Translations under genes and position numbers: made by a program | Assembly (NCBI GenBank): GCA_964016885.1 | Contig: OZ024741.1 | Coordinates: 381,982,001 to 382,046,000 of the forward strand | Direction of reading: 5' to 3' | Length of the DNA stretch: 64,000 nucleotides | Source: Eledone cirrhosa | Taxonomy: Eukaryota | Part shown: positions 1 to 13,504 of the stretch, in pieces | Position numbering within the stretch: position 1 is the stretch's first letter | Layout of the letters: every line of letters starts with the position of its first letter | The notes under the pieces: model-generated | The model's input: the letters and a program-made list of their open reading frames with translations, nothing else | Databases searched by the model: none | What the model was told of the DNA's origin: nothing

Positions 1-291
1 AAACATAAATACAGAAACACACACATATATATATACATACATATATACACATATATATATATATAAAATTATATAAATAAATATATAAAAATAAATAAAC
101 GACCACGTGCAGTCACATCACCATACAAAAACAAAATACATATACAAGAAATCAATAAGGAAAGTCAAGTTTAAAAAAAAAATAAAGAAATAAAAATTAG
201 AAATTAAAAATTAGCAAGTTGACAGCGATACGAAGAGGAAAAAACAAATAAAAATAAATAAACGAACACACGTGGTAAGCAAAAGCACACA

Positions 292-347
<56 letters not shown>

Positions 348-590
348 GTCTGTACATATATATAGGCATATATACACACATAAATACATATATAAACACA
401 CATACATAAACAAATACACACACACACATACATACACATACATATACACACACACACATATATATATATACACACACACACATGTACATACTCACATGCA
501 TACACACTCGTACGCGCGCATATACTCTCAACCACACGTATAGGTACATATATGCAAATGTAGGTGTATATACATATATCAACAAATATA
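1..590. repeat. (TA)n/(CA)n compound microsatellite and low-complexity tract
   Basis: Pure (TA)n at ~294-345 plus degenerate TACA/CACA runs; explains the YI/CV/HT ORFs. Confidence 0.95.
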
Positions 591-1357
591 AAAAGTGTCT
601 TAAATATAATTGTCTACAGTAGGAAAGATTGTCATCGTGGGGTTGCTTAGTGTTACATAATCCTAGAAATTAATATTATTTTATGCAGCTACATTGTTAG
701 TATAATTATTCTCTTTAAGAGCCTTTATTAGTCATACTGAGGTACTTAATTTGACGAATTATTGACGTATTTAAATTTACTCCAATACTTGACTGGAACT
801 TATTTTCTTGAATATCCAAAATTCAAAGTAATGACGTGTAATCTAAAATTTGATTTCAGAACTCAGACTTTAAACATTACAAGAACATTTTCAACTATTT
901 CCCCTAACACATCACTCCATGTATTGTAGAAAATGTAAGCTGAGACGACAACTCATTTTAAATTTCAATTCCTTTCAAAAGGTTAAGATAGTCATACACA
1001 TCACAGCATTTCATTTCTTTTCTTGTCAATACGTTATGTGTATTAAAAAATACATTTAAAAATTACAAATGTTGTATATAATATCTATAACTGCAATGAC
1101 ATTATGAAAATCTACCTACTAACTCTTTATTAAATGTGTGTTAGCTAGAAGCATGTATCTTACTGGTAGATATTCAAACACAATGCAAAACATATTAGGT
1201 TTTACTATGTAATATCTAGCGTTTAATGTGGTTTGAGAAATAGATATTGTCTGAAAAATATAAGATAAATTGAGAAAATATATTACTAGTAATATTAACT
1301 GCATTGTTTCTTTTTTCTATACTGTTTTCAATCGTTGAATTAAATATCTAATGAAGT

Positions 1358-1398
1358 TTCATTTTATCGTTTCATTTTATCGTTTCATTTTATCGTTT
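1358..1398. repeat. 13-bp tandem repeat (TTTCATTTTATCG), about 3 copies
   Basis: Read directly from the sequence. Confidence 0.85.
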
Positions 1399-2387
1399 CT
1401 TAGGATAATCAAACTAGTAATAGTACATAAATTTTTCAGGCAAAATTTCATTTTGTTTCTGGTTTATTTCTTGCCAAGTGGATATGTTGGCGAGTGTTAG
1501 TAATATTAAAGTCGCAAATTAACTGCTTTGTAGAGTGTAGTTGCGTTCTGAGCTCAAATAATATTTCATAGTTTCCGGGTTTTAATTAAATATGTATTAC
1601 AGGTTTTGTAATTTAGTTCAAAGTGAGCCGTTGTCAATTAAAATAGAATTTAATGATCTCATGATGAGACTTTAGGCTTTTAAAATGAGGATAGCGATTT
1701 CAAATAAAGAATGGCAATTTCAAAATGAGTTTAACGCACACGAATATGAGTGAGATTCTAAGTCACAAACAGAAACAGAATGCATAAAATAAGTGCTGAT
1801 ACAGAAGAGGCACACAAATCTATTTATTTAATCGTATATCGTATATATAACATGAAATATAATCCCCTCATTTTAAAGTGAACAATTGGAAATTGACTGG
1901 TTAGTTATATCTGTTTTATAATACAATAATGAGATAAATGACTCATTTCAGAAATATAATAACTTCTAGATTTTTCAGTAGATGGGCAATGAAATTAATA
2001 GACGATCATAAACAATTAATGAGTTGAGTACAATCAAAGTTGGACATGTGTCATCTCTTTGCCTTGTCCATTTCATCCTGCTTCTCCAAGTATTACAAAA
2101 GAACCTATTACGTTTGCCTCTCAAACGCTGCGTTGTACCTCGAACATATGTTCTGGTAATGATTTTAGAAATTGCATGTTACCTCGGGAACGATCTTTTA
2201 TATCAATGGATTAAAAACGATTAGTCTTTTCATTTTGTTTATAATATCTTATGTTCTGTCTGGCATAATTTCCCTGCTTGATCCCTTTCTACGATAAGGT
2301 GCATTATGTTTTCGTCACCAATTAAATCAATTAAGTTTCGGTTTGTGTTTAGGTGGAATGAGCCTACATTTAAATGATCATAAAGTT

Positions 2388-2555
2388 CCTCTTTGAAATA
2401 TGTACCACTTTACAATGATATATCTCACTTTGAAATGATATGTCCCACTTTGAATTGATGTCTCACTTTGAAGTTTTATGTGCTCACTTTTATCTGATAT
2501 ATACTCTCTTTAAAATTGTTATTCTCACTTTGACAGGTTATTTCCCCACTTAGAT
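2388..2555. repeat. Degenerate ~20-23-bp minisatellite with core CTCACTTTGA, about 8 units
   Basis: Recurring (c/t)cacttt(g)a core separated by AT-rich linkers. Confidence 0.75.
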
Positions 2556-5504
2556 TACACTATTTAAATTATATTGTTTGAATTTTACTGACGGGCTTTT
2601 CTCTTAAGACTGTTGTTCTCAACTAATGAAAATGCGAAATTATATAATAGGTGAAGGCGAGTAATTCCAAAATCGTAAGACCAATGGGAACATATCTTGT
2701 CTTATTTCATTACGATATCAATTCCAACTGAGATCAACTTTGGATTTCACTGATAAAACAGATAAAATAGTCAATTACTGGAGTCGATTTAATTTCCGTT
2801 ACTCTTCCACCAAATATGGGGCATTGTTTTTATGTGACAAACCTATATGTACATGGTGTATATATGTGATAGTGTGCATTTGTATAAACTATTCTATTAA
2901 TATCTTACTATACAAGAATTATATAGCAGTGACAGCCCTTAAAATGAATATGTTATTCATGTGTTGTCTCATTTCTTTGTTATCAGGTTTTAATGACAAA
3001 TAAATGTTTAATATTACTGTGACGCTTACCTCATCGCTATATCATGAAATAATATGCAAGAAAATAGTACGAGTTGATTTCAAATTAAAGTTGAACAATA
3101 TTTCATATAAATTATTTTAAAATATACTATGTTTAGTCACCGTATAAACTGGCATGTTGGAAATACTCCTTCCTCGATTACAAAAATGAAATGTTACTAG
3201 GTATTTATATGCTTCGCAACACGACACTAAATCCAAAGCCATCCTCTAGAACATAATATGAATAAGGCGCCAGCAAAGATCTGAGTACGACAATAACTGA
3301 ACAAATCCCAACTCGGACCTTGTCCATGTGATGGAAGAAAAGTGTTCATGAAGATTGCTGAATACTAAAGCATCTAGATATGATCCGGAATGACTAACTC
3401 TGCCAATCATATGGGGATAAGGATCTTGCTGACACTAAAATACAATGTCACTGCAGGTATTAAATGTATGTTATTGCTGTTTTTGTTGTTGGGACAAGAT
3501 CATCCTGATGAAGTTGACAAATGTTTAAAGCAATTAACACCATAACCAAACCTGATTGTTTTTTTGTTTCAAAGATACTACATATCCTAATACATTATTC
3601 AATATTCTGTTAAAGGTGTTGACTGTGAATGTTGTAGATGAGGAGGAAACATTGACTACCACAAGTCAAGCTGTTAGTTAAATAACTAATTTTAGCTCAT
3701 TTATAGTAAAATAAATTGCAAGTCAATGCAATGTTCAGTGGTATATCAATTCGAACATTTCCATTTAATAATGCCGAAATTTGTTACTGTCTTTTTTACT
3801 AGAGAATGATTAGTACATCTAATAAGCATTCTTAATCTCCGTATTGGGGATGTTTTCTAAATTACTATTGTCGGGTCAACGTATAGTTTCTAAACGTGTG
3901 TTCGATTTGTAATAAATAGCATCCGAACACAACATTCATTTACACGTCACTATCTCGAAAAGATGAAGGGTGGATTGAACAATGTAATTCTAGATAATTT
4001 GGAGAGAGGGCGGATTAGAGATTTCCGGAAGACCATAACTCTGCTCAATTAGTGAAATTATTATAACAGCATTATATCGGATTTAGTTTTATTCATCGTA
4101 GAAAGACATAAGAAAAAATGTACTATTTATTATCCTCATTATGATTTTTCCTTGAGTGCGGTGAAGTGACAGAATCATTACAGCACCTGATAACATGCCT
4201 TAAATAATTATTTACATGCTTTCTCAGATTCATCTGTTCCCACATTAACGTGTCATTCTTCTGGAAGTGAAACATTTAGAACCGGCGCAACTGGCTACAA
4301 CTTGTATCTAGATATCTGGTCTTCAGCGTATGTCACAAATCATTATTAATCGTATCATATATATATTTCACCATATTAATGGAATGATATTTCGAATTGC
4401 TTGTTTTATTATTAATATAAGTTTCATTCCGAGGCAAGTAGAATTGCCTAACGAGTAAAATCGTGGCTTTATCTCAATTAAGATTTATGACAAAAGTATA
4501 CAATGTGGATGAGTTGAATGTGAAAGTAAATCGAATAAAGTATCTGCAGATTCACTGTATTGATTATCAGTCTGAATAAAGAGTGGTTTCTTGATATACT
4601 GCATTTTCACAGAATAAGCTGACATAGGTCGTGGTCTTGAGAAATACATACAGGTACCTTATTCTTGTCATTGTATAGAAAATAGGTAATAAATCTTTTG
4701 AATTAGTTTAAATATCTTCACCTATTTGATTGATATAGAAATAACTATTTCTACTACATCAATATCGATATGAAGCTTTTGCATGAATATAAGTTGAGAT
4801 ACCAAGCAGACTCTGGCTATCATTATCATATCTGGTTTATTCTGACTATAAAATATTTGCCAATGAATAATGTGTAAATAAAGATAGTGATACCTCTGAT
4901 ACTTAACCTTAACAGACTTGTGAATTAAAGTGGAAAGATGGAAACTATCTTGAAGCACGTCTGTTGTATTGCATCTACAATCCAAACAGTCAGTACTTTC
5001 ATACATTACATGACACTGGGTCAAAGTCAGAAGGATGTTATTGGTACATATGTATAAACAACACTCAGGCACTCACGTTCACTTGCTTCATCGAGTCCTA
5101 TAAAACATCAATGCTGAGATACACAACAGTATAGCTGAGATACATTGTACTAATATTTATGTGTTTTAATAGAAGACGTTGCTCGATCATAGAAAACAGA
5201 ACATTGGTAAATAAACGACAGGAATTTCACTAATATAATTGTTGAAAGGGTTAGAGGAATGTGTATACAGCGATATGTCATACAATGCGTTAAAGATTAA
5301 GAAATAGCAATGCGTTGTATAACATGAAAGATTTTATGTTTAGAAATGTCATGTAGACCATCCATTTTGTGACCTTTCCAACATATTTGAGCAATCAAAT
5401 TTAATTGTGACTGCTAAAAGTGTCAACGAAACCATTCGTCCAAGAATGAATTTGTATGCACAGAGTGTAGAGAAAAACTTCAATCGAGGTGGAGATAAAA
5501 GAAT

Positions 5505-5672
5505 AGTTTCTACTTTTGGCACAAGGCCAGCAATTATTCCAGTACATTATCGATCCCGTAAGGATGAAAGGCAAACTGAACCTCGGCGGGATTTGAAATC
5601 AGACTATAAAGGGACGTATCTCTATGCTGCAAAGCATGGCATCCGACCTTCTACCGATACTGCCGATCCCCC
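5505..5672 (-). mobile_element. tRNA-derived SINE, family A copy (internally deleted)
   Basis: Reverse complement of 38725-38905: ggcacaaggccagcaatt...ccagtacatta...aaggatgaaaggcaaa...gggatttgaaatcag. Confidence 0.85.
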
Positions 5673-5749
5673 ACCCTTGTGTAGATTAAAGAATAATGAA
5701 GCAGAGAATGATAATGGAATTTTACAGACCATCTCTCATCTTGGTAATA

Positions 5750-6500
5750 TGAAATCCCCTCCATGCCTGGTATCAGGAACGCATCTTTCTTTTCTCTTCA
5801 GAGAGGTGCACTACCGACAGGAGGAGAGACTACTTTGAATATCTCCTAAAACTTGTCAGGATAGCATTTTCTAATGTATATGTGGGGCATCCTGGAGTGC
5901 TGACTAACCTCTTAGAATCTGAGGTTATAACAGAGGATTTCAAAAAATAGAGATATGTGAGATTGCTTCAATTATAGAGGGAACTCCTTATTAAGCATTC
6001 CTGGTAAACTCTAGGCTATCTGCCTAGCATGAGGATGTAGGGGTATAGTCAGGCCCGAGTCAGATGATCATCAGTGTTATTTTCGTTCCAGATGCAGTAT
6101 AGCCAGCACTGCGTTTGATTGGAGTTCCACTGAAACTCGAGGATGAGTTCAACATTTTCTTGGCCGTGTTTACGAGTGATAAAAGGCAGAAGGCTGCAAG
6201 AATTGCAGCAATTGGTGTAATAATATTCCAGCTTAAGCATTCAGGCTTCAAAAGAAGCGGGATAGGTGAAAAAGCCCACCTCACAATATTCAACTTGCAT
6301 TTTGTGGCATCGAGATCAAATATTTTTTTCCATGATCCAAATTGCGATATCAAAGCATACTACGGATATGTTGTGAGAATGTTTCTGGAAAGAATCACTG
6401 GAGAAATTTCACGTTCATAAATAACCGGGTGGAGACTTGGTGATAAATACCGAGAAAGATGGTTCATGTAATCCATGAGCTGGACTAGTTTCGCTTGGGT
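5750..6500 (-). pseudogene. Highly decayed LINE RT C-terminal fragment (CR1/Jockey-group-like)
   Basis: Minus-strand ISQFGSW..F..TK / LSWNII...A pattern resembles post-YADD CR1-group sequence; many stops. Confidence 0.35.
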
Positions 6501-6549
6501 GTCTTGCCAGATTAGTTGCAGACGGTTGGTTGCTTCAGACCGCCCTCCC

Positions 6550-6604
6550 AGAAGAAGAAGAAGAAGAAGAAGAAGAAGAAGAAGAAGAAGAAGAAGAAGA
6601 AGAA

Positions 6605-6639
<35 letters not shown>

Positions 6640-6658
6640 AGAAGAAGAAGAAGAAGAA

Positions 6659-6711
<53 letters not shown>

Positions 6712-6799
6712 CGACGAAGAAGAAGAAGAAGAAGAAGAAGAAGAAGAAGAAGAAGAAGAAGAAGAAGAAGAAGAAGAAGAAGAAGAAGAAGAAGAAGAA
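6550..6799. repeat. Compound trinucleotide microsatellite (GAA)n(GAC)n(GAA)n(GAC)n(GAA)n
   Basis: About 83 triplets in alternating blocks. Confidence 0.98.
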
Positions 6800-7082
6800 A
6801 AATATACATTTTCTATTGTTTGTTTTCATAGGTTTCTTTCTTTTTCGTGCCATCATTTTGTATATTTTATAAAACGTTAAAAGTATATTTGCAGCTACTT
6901 TGATATAATGTTTCTTCTGTATATTCATGATTTGCATCAATAGATGAGTATAATGTAAAACGTCTAGACGAGTGATATGACGTTGTATTTGTAGGAGATG
7001 CGTGGTGAGCATTTTTATCGTTGTTCTATGAGTCGAATTCGTTTGAGAATTTCTCAGGTGTTCCAATTACATAATTGTATTA

Positions 7083-7272
7083 AATAGTTGTTTCTACTTT
7101 TGCACAAGGCCAGCAATTTCCCAGTACATTACTGGTACTTTATTTTATCGACCCCGTAAGGATGAAAGGAAAAGTTAACCGCGACGGGATTTGAACTCAG
7201 ACTGTATAGGGACGTAACTATGCTTGAAAGCATGACGTCCGACCCTCTACCGATACTGCCAATTCACCGCAA
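7083..7272 (-). mobile_element. tRNA-derived SINE, family A copy
   Basis: Reverse complement contains a B-box-like GAGTTCAAATCCC and the body CCTTTCATCCTTACGGGGTCGATAAAATAA; matches the other copies. Confidence 0.9.
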
Positions 7273-10200
7273 TTTGTATTACATAGTACTACAAAAGCTG
7301 TTGAAAATATTTGTGGAGGAAATAATTACTAGATGTTTTTGGTCTACATTTGTTTTGTCATTTCTTCTGGTTCTCAGACGTTCCGCTTTAACTCTTTATC
7401 ATTTCCATATTGTGTGTCTGACATACGATATGTAGACTTTGTCAAGATTGTGATGACGGTCAAAAATGTTTATTCATGTTTTACCTTTGGTTCTAATTTA
7501 TGCAGTTTCCTGTGTGATTGTACCAGCAAAGTAACAAATAAAAACGATGCAAAACTGTCGAAGGACTGAGAGAAAAATGTCACTGCTAATATTTTACCAT
7601 TCCTTTTGAGGTCGTTTCAATTTATGTTGTATTATGAGCCGAGTTTTCCCTTCTTTTATGAGCTTCTCTTCTTTTAGTTTGTATATTGCCTTCTGGTATG
7701 AGTGTTTGTGAAGCTCATACAATCTATTCTCTAATTCTCAGTATTGCATAATTATCGAATTTTCTAAACTGCTAGTGTGTGTGTGTGTTGGGGAGGGGGT
7801 TCAACTGCACCTATCGAAATTTGTAGAAACGTGTAGCTGTAATGCGAATAACCTCCTGTAATGTACAGTAGTAGATCCAAACAATTTTTCCGACAGCCCC
7901 TATTAATATTTTGCGTCAATATGGGCCATCATTCTATATCATTAAACGCCCATCACTAATATACATTAGTGGGCTGACAGTGAATTATTGAATAGATGCT
8001 TTTAATACATCTAGACATAACCATGGAGTTTTTGTTGATAATCGGAGAGATCGAATCATTCATAGATAAAAAAAAGTTGAGAATAGTTTGTGAATTATTG
8101 CATAGAATCAGCTGGATTAAATGGGTTACGCAAAAAATAAAATACAGGAGACATGTCTCCAGAAATTTAGTAAGCAATGAGAAAAAAGTAATAAATATTC
8201 ATTGAGATTGCAAAAGCATAACGGTTTTATGAATATTTATTCATAAAGAATGCGCATTTCAGTATCTTCGAATCGTTAGAATAAGAATATTCTAAAATGT
8301 ATACAGCCGTTAACACGAAAATGCACTTAAAAATAACTGCATCATCGTTAGATGGAGAATAAAGCCTCTTGTTTTAAAAATTGATAGTTGCGCAGATAAC
8401 TAGGCACATCCACGCGTACGCACATAGACACACATGCAAACACACAGTCACACATACACAGGTATATGTATATATATATATATATCACATACATGGATGA
8501 ATCGACTACGTGATGGTTTCACATATTGTGTGGACAAAATATTAAATGAATTTAATGCATTATTTGCTGGGTTTCCACATGTCTCTACGGGATGCATGCT
8601 TACATATTGATGGGGTACCAATGATAATGAACACAGTGCTATATGGAATATTTTATTGATTTTGTCACGTATTTCTGCTTTGTAATGAATTATTGTTCCT
8701 GGATTGTGCATATATTTTATTTCTCGGAAAATTAATGCTTTTATGTTAGGTTTCTCATTAGCCAAATTCATTTCCCCTTTTTTACCTGTTCATTGAACAT
8801 TCCTAAAACAAACTTAACCAACGTACATCGTTAGCGGTGTTGTGTATTTAATCAATATGGACAAATAAAATACATGAAATGCAAATTGAAGTACATTGTT
8901 TAATCATGAAAATACGCGTTTATGTTCTTTCAGGAGGATTCTCATATCTCCAACGCTAGATGTTTTTGAAAGATAAACACACATCTAAATCTATAAATAT
9001 ATATTTCATATATACAATTACCAATATTAAAGTTTTTACATGCAAATGTGGATTTCTTTCCGCAATATTATGCCAAACTTTCATTCAATAATTATTTCGA
9101 TACCCTGTGAAATCTTGTTTCCTACATCTTTGAACAATTCATTAACCGTTGTTCTATTTCTAGACATAGTTCAGCAGCAAACGATTGTAGAGTTTGTCAA
9201 GCATTACCCCAAATGTTATGTGCTATTTACGTCGGAATTAATTTCTAGGTTTCAAATCTTTGTTCAACCGAAGACAACTCTGTTCGTCATAATTACGGAA
9301 ATGATCAAATAAGCGGCATTTAAACCTTATAGATGATTGAATCAGCTGATATTGATATGTCTACCAGTTGACGAAATAGACCAGTAAAAATGTCTAGTCT
9401 ACTCAGTATATCAAACGAGAGAAGTGGGTTTAAAAAACATTAGACCATTTGCGTTCAATATTTCAGTGGTACTACATTTTACCACGAACAACCACAACTA
9501 AAAGGAGAGAAATATGATTAATCTTAGTTTTCTTAATTTATAAACTAAAGTTATATAAACATACTCATACATGAAACGATAAAATTAAGGGTACCTACAG
9601 ATCTTATGGAAATAAATATAATAATCTAAACAAAAATGACGAAGGTGTCAGAGGTTTTATAGGGAGAAAGAGTTTAGTAAACATTGTGCAAAATAAGGAC
9701 ATATAAACAGAAAGCTATGTTCAAAATACGAAATTAATAAAACAAGATATTTGTTGAAAGAAAATATAAAATCCCTTATGGCTTCAACAGGCGACAACAT
9801 ATTGCTTAATTTTAGTTACAGGAACCTATATCTCTGCCTAACATACATCATTTCTACTTGGAGTGGAATCTTGCAAATTCAAACATGCCAGTTTCTAATC
9901 CTTGCATAGACCTTACTAAAAATGTTCTCGCATGCTTCAAGTATTCCTATTTTGAAATGGTTTTAACCCTTTAAATTTCATCCTTTAGTTGATGAAATTG
10001 TTTCCATTATGAAGTTCTGAAAACGGAATTATTGAATTACTGTATAAAATACATAAAAAAATCCAAGAAAATATAATGTTCAGATGATAAATTTGAACAT
10101 AAATCATTAATGGAATATCCTTTCATCGCATATTTCTGTGTGTGATGTTTTACTCCAATATAGGTCAAGCTGTTTTGCATAATCACCCTTAACAACTTTC

Positions 10201-10796
10201 CAAAGTAGATTCTATATAGAAAGTTCTTCCTCAAACTGAAATATTGATTTCTTGCCTATAGCACTTTATAGATAATGGCCGCGAAACTATTCATTCAATT
10301 TCTTTATTTCAGTATCTTAAACCGTAAAGAATGATCCTTCTTCCCATCGCTAACATGAGCGCAGGAAAACGACGCAATATATCAATGCATTACGGCTGGA
10401 ATGTAATTTATTTCTTTGTTAATTTCCTCTAAGAAATTCTTAATGACTTCCAAAATATATTGAAGTCCAGCACAACAAATCTTGCAACGGTGATTTAGGA
10501 TTGCGTATTGAAATATTTTCCTATATTATTATATACAAAATCAGTAAATCGGATTGCCGAATCAAACTCTGCGCTAAAGTTTTAACAGAAAAATTAATAG
10601 TTTCGGCGCTAACATATTTAATGTATATTACTTCAGTTACATTTATTTCGATACAATTCCTTAATGCTGTCACGAAGAAGGCAATGTATTCTCTTGAATA
10701 TATGTTGACTGTAGAACTGCATCAAAAATGATGATATTATTTTTATTAAGATTTAAAATAACGCAGTCACACATGCACGCATACATATATATATGA

Positions 10797-10972
10797 CAAA
10801 GAAAGTGTGGTAAGAAACCAGGTGGACGATAATGCACCAGACTACTCGATACTTAGCGTAGTAGAGTGGGTAATAGGAAAACATTCAGGACCCTGACGAC
10901 TGAGCTATGGCCATTTCGACTGCTAGATCCGAACTAGTCGAAACGGCCGGAGGTCAGCCTTCGGGAACCTGA
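10797..10972 (-). mobile_element. Solo PLE terminal-repeat (pLTR) fragment ending in a hairpin of two inverted HHR 3' halves
   Basis: 10797-10920 matches 34488-34612 (gtggtaag.aaccaggtggac.ataa.gcacca...tactcgatactt...gtagtagagtgggtaatagga); imperfect palindrome at ~10887-10972. Confidence 0.65.
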
Positions 10973-11223
10973 CTGTTTTCTACGAAAAATCTTCTCCGAA
11001 GAATCAAGACGTATCTGAGAACCTTGTGATTTTCAGAGTGAGGTTCGATCATCACATCGATCGTGCCTCGAGTTGGTCGTCAGAGAAACTAGTGTAATAT
11101 GTCCAATAAATTTCATTCGTCGCAACACAGATTCTCTTTATTTGTGATGTCATCCTCTGCTGTATGAAGGCATCGGGTGCTCAAACGGCCTACTGCATAC
11201 GGACGCTTTAAGCATCCAACACC

Positions 11224-11265
<42 letters not shown>

Positions 11266-11283
11266 TGAGAATTTAATAATATA

Positions 11284-11935
11284 CTAGCAGTGATACCCGG
11301 CGTTGCACGGGATAAGGTATTTTGGAATGCGGGCCGCCAACAGACCTAATCGTGGAAAAACTGCATGCCTGGACAATATGTAAAGAAAATAAACCGAATA
11401 CACTGATGGCTGGATAATCTTTAACATTTTCTTCGATGAAGCAGGAAAAATGCAGGTTTTCACCTAATCCGGGCCCTAGGGGATCAAGAATATGATTTTT
11501 TTTTAATATGAATAATATGCCTTGAAATTTCGGGAAAATCGGCTAGACGTAACGCCTCAAAAAAGCCCTAAAAAGCTCAAAAAATGAAGTGTTTCACCTA
11601 ATGCGGGCCCTAGTTCATAAATAATTTTGATTTTCTTTGTTTACAGTATGAGGAAGAGACTGAATAATACATAGTAAAAATTTCAAGGATATCGGTCTGA
11701 CATAACGCCTCAAAAATCCCCTAAAAAGCTGAAAAAACGCAGTTTTTCCACCTAATGCGGGAATGAAAAAGTTGGATTTTTTATGTGCGTAACACTCCTA
11801 GAAACATAAGTAATACACATGTAATGTTTGAAAACCATTGGTTGGGTACTTCGTGAGTTTTAGGGATTCAAAATCACAGACACACACACACATAAACACA
11901 CAGGCATATTCAGTTTTACATATATATATATATAA
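11284..11935 (-). mobile_element. Non-autonomous Helitron-like element with internal tandem repeats
   Basis: Minus-strand 3' end CCCGTGCAACGCCGGG hairpin, 8 nt, then CTAG followed by T (canonical Helitron 3' end). Internal repeats (tttcacctaatgcggg; taacgcctcaaaaa...ccctaaaaagct). Other end runs into (CA)n/(TA)n and is uncertain. Confidence 0.75.
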
Positions 11936-12400
11936 TATATATATTATAAAATGCTCAGTACTTATAATTTGAACTTATTGATTACAAGGTATTAATATGA
12001 GTATCTAACTCTGCCTTTTATTTGAATTTCGTCTCCTTAATCTGGTGAGCTTACATGTCGGGCGAATTTAGGCTATTATTTCTGGCCGATCGCCTCACGC
12101 CACTTTGAACGACTGACACACGAGGTAACTTGTTCCCTCGTGCAGTACTTAGTTACTTGCTTTCTTGGGTGTTGGTCCCATTTAATCTTGTCTCCCGCTG
12201 ACGATATGCCTACGGATTATCTGCTGCAAACACAATTTCCAGGGCGAACCAGATTAAATCTCTAATCTGTCCGGGAGATTAATAGTTATTGAAACGGTTA
12301 GTACATTTTATCTTGTATTATCCGTTTGTTCCATAGTTTAAATTCGTCAAACCAACGTGGTCTTTCTACCCTTGTAATTTTAAACACACAATTTACTGTT

Positions 12401-12477
<77 letters not shown>

Positions 12478-13016
12478 ATACGAAACGAGTTGTGTGGTTA
12501 CAAAAAACCAGGTTTAGGATGGTCGTTAGGACGGAAAAAGAGGAAAAAAGGAGGAAGAAGAAAGAATACTTCATCAGCTGTAAAGAATCCCCGATCTAGA
12601 TGTTTCGGCGCTCAATTACAGGACATCTGTAGCGATCTGGAGCGCCCAAGGCCTTTTATTAATCAAAAGGCCAGGACAAAAAGAAGAGAGAAATGAGAGT
12701 AAAAAGGAGAGAAAAAGGAGAAAAAGAGGAAGAAGAACAGAGGGAGGGGGATAGACGGGAAAAAGGGAGAAAAAAGGAGAAAAAAAGGTGAACAGATCCC
12801 ATCGTGGGAAGAGACAGGACAAAGAAACATGCAAATGAGTAACCGTGAAAACATAGGAAAAGCAAGTTGTAGCCAACCTGATAGACCTAAGCCCGGCGGT
12901 GGGCTCCGACTTGTAGACGGTATTAATCGTGTTGATTATCTCGTAGACGAGAGAGACGAGCAACCGGAGGGAGAAGGGAAAGGGATATATACATATATAT
13001 ATATATATATATATTT

Positions 13017-13082
<66 letters not shown>

Positions 13083-13124
13083 ACATGGTGTCATTAACTT
13101 CACACTTGTTGAGAGTTGGGGTTT

Positions 13125-13160
13125 AGGACGTTTCGGACATAAGTCCGTCATCAGGAATTT
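13125..13160 (-). ncRNA. Minimal HHR-like motif (stem I not evident)
   Basis: CTGATGA-c-GGAC-ttat-GTCC-GAAA-CG-TC on the minus strand. Confidence 0.4.
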
Positions 13161-13457
13161 CTTTTTTTTTGTCCAAGGCGAAGTGAGGAGAGGACGGGAA
13201 AACATGAAAGGGCGGGTAAAATAGAAATGAAAATACATATAAAATATGAAGTGAAAATATATAGAAACAGAATTATACAGAATATATAATGAAAACACAG
13301 AATTTAAAAAAAACAACAGAATATTAAAACGTGAGAGGTGAGTATGTATCCTGGAAGTTATGGGTTTGGTGGTGCTTAAGGGGTTGGTGGGGGTTAGAGA
13401 CAGGGGGAAGGAAAAATGGTGTCCGAGTGAGGATGGTGGAAGGAAGGTGTGTGTGTG

Positions 13458-13504
<47 letters not shown>

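Noticed and set aside
2388-2555. Repeat-spacer pattern resembling a CRISPR array
   Set aside because: The core is only ~10 bp, linkers resemble each other, there are no cas genes, and the context is eukaryotic.
5407-5838. 143-aa ORF
   Set aside because: It runs through an antisense SINE copy and into decayed LINE sequence.
6360-7066. Poly-E/D, poly-R, poly-K/T and poly-L ORFs
   Set aside because: All frames are open only because of the trinucleotide repeat; no flanking domain or splice support.
12190-12660. Additional HHRs (CTGACGA...GAAAC at 12198-12295; GAAAC with hairpin at ~12600-12655 on minus)
   Set aside because: Could not pair stems I and III or place a complete core.
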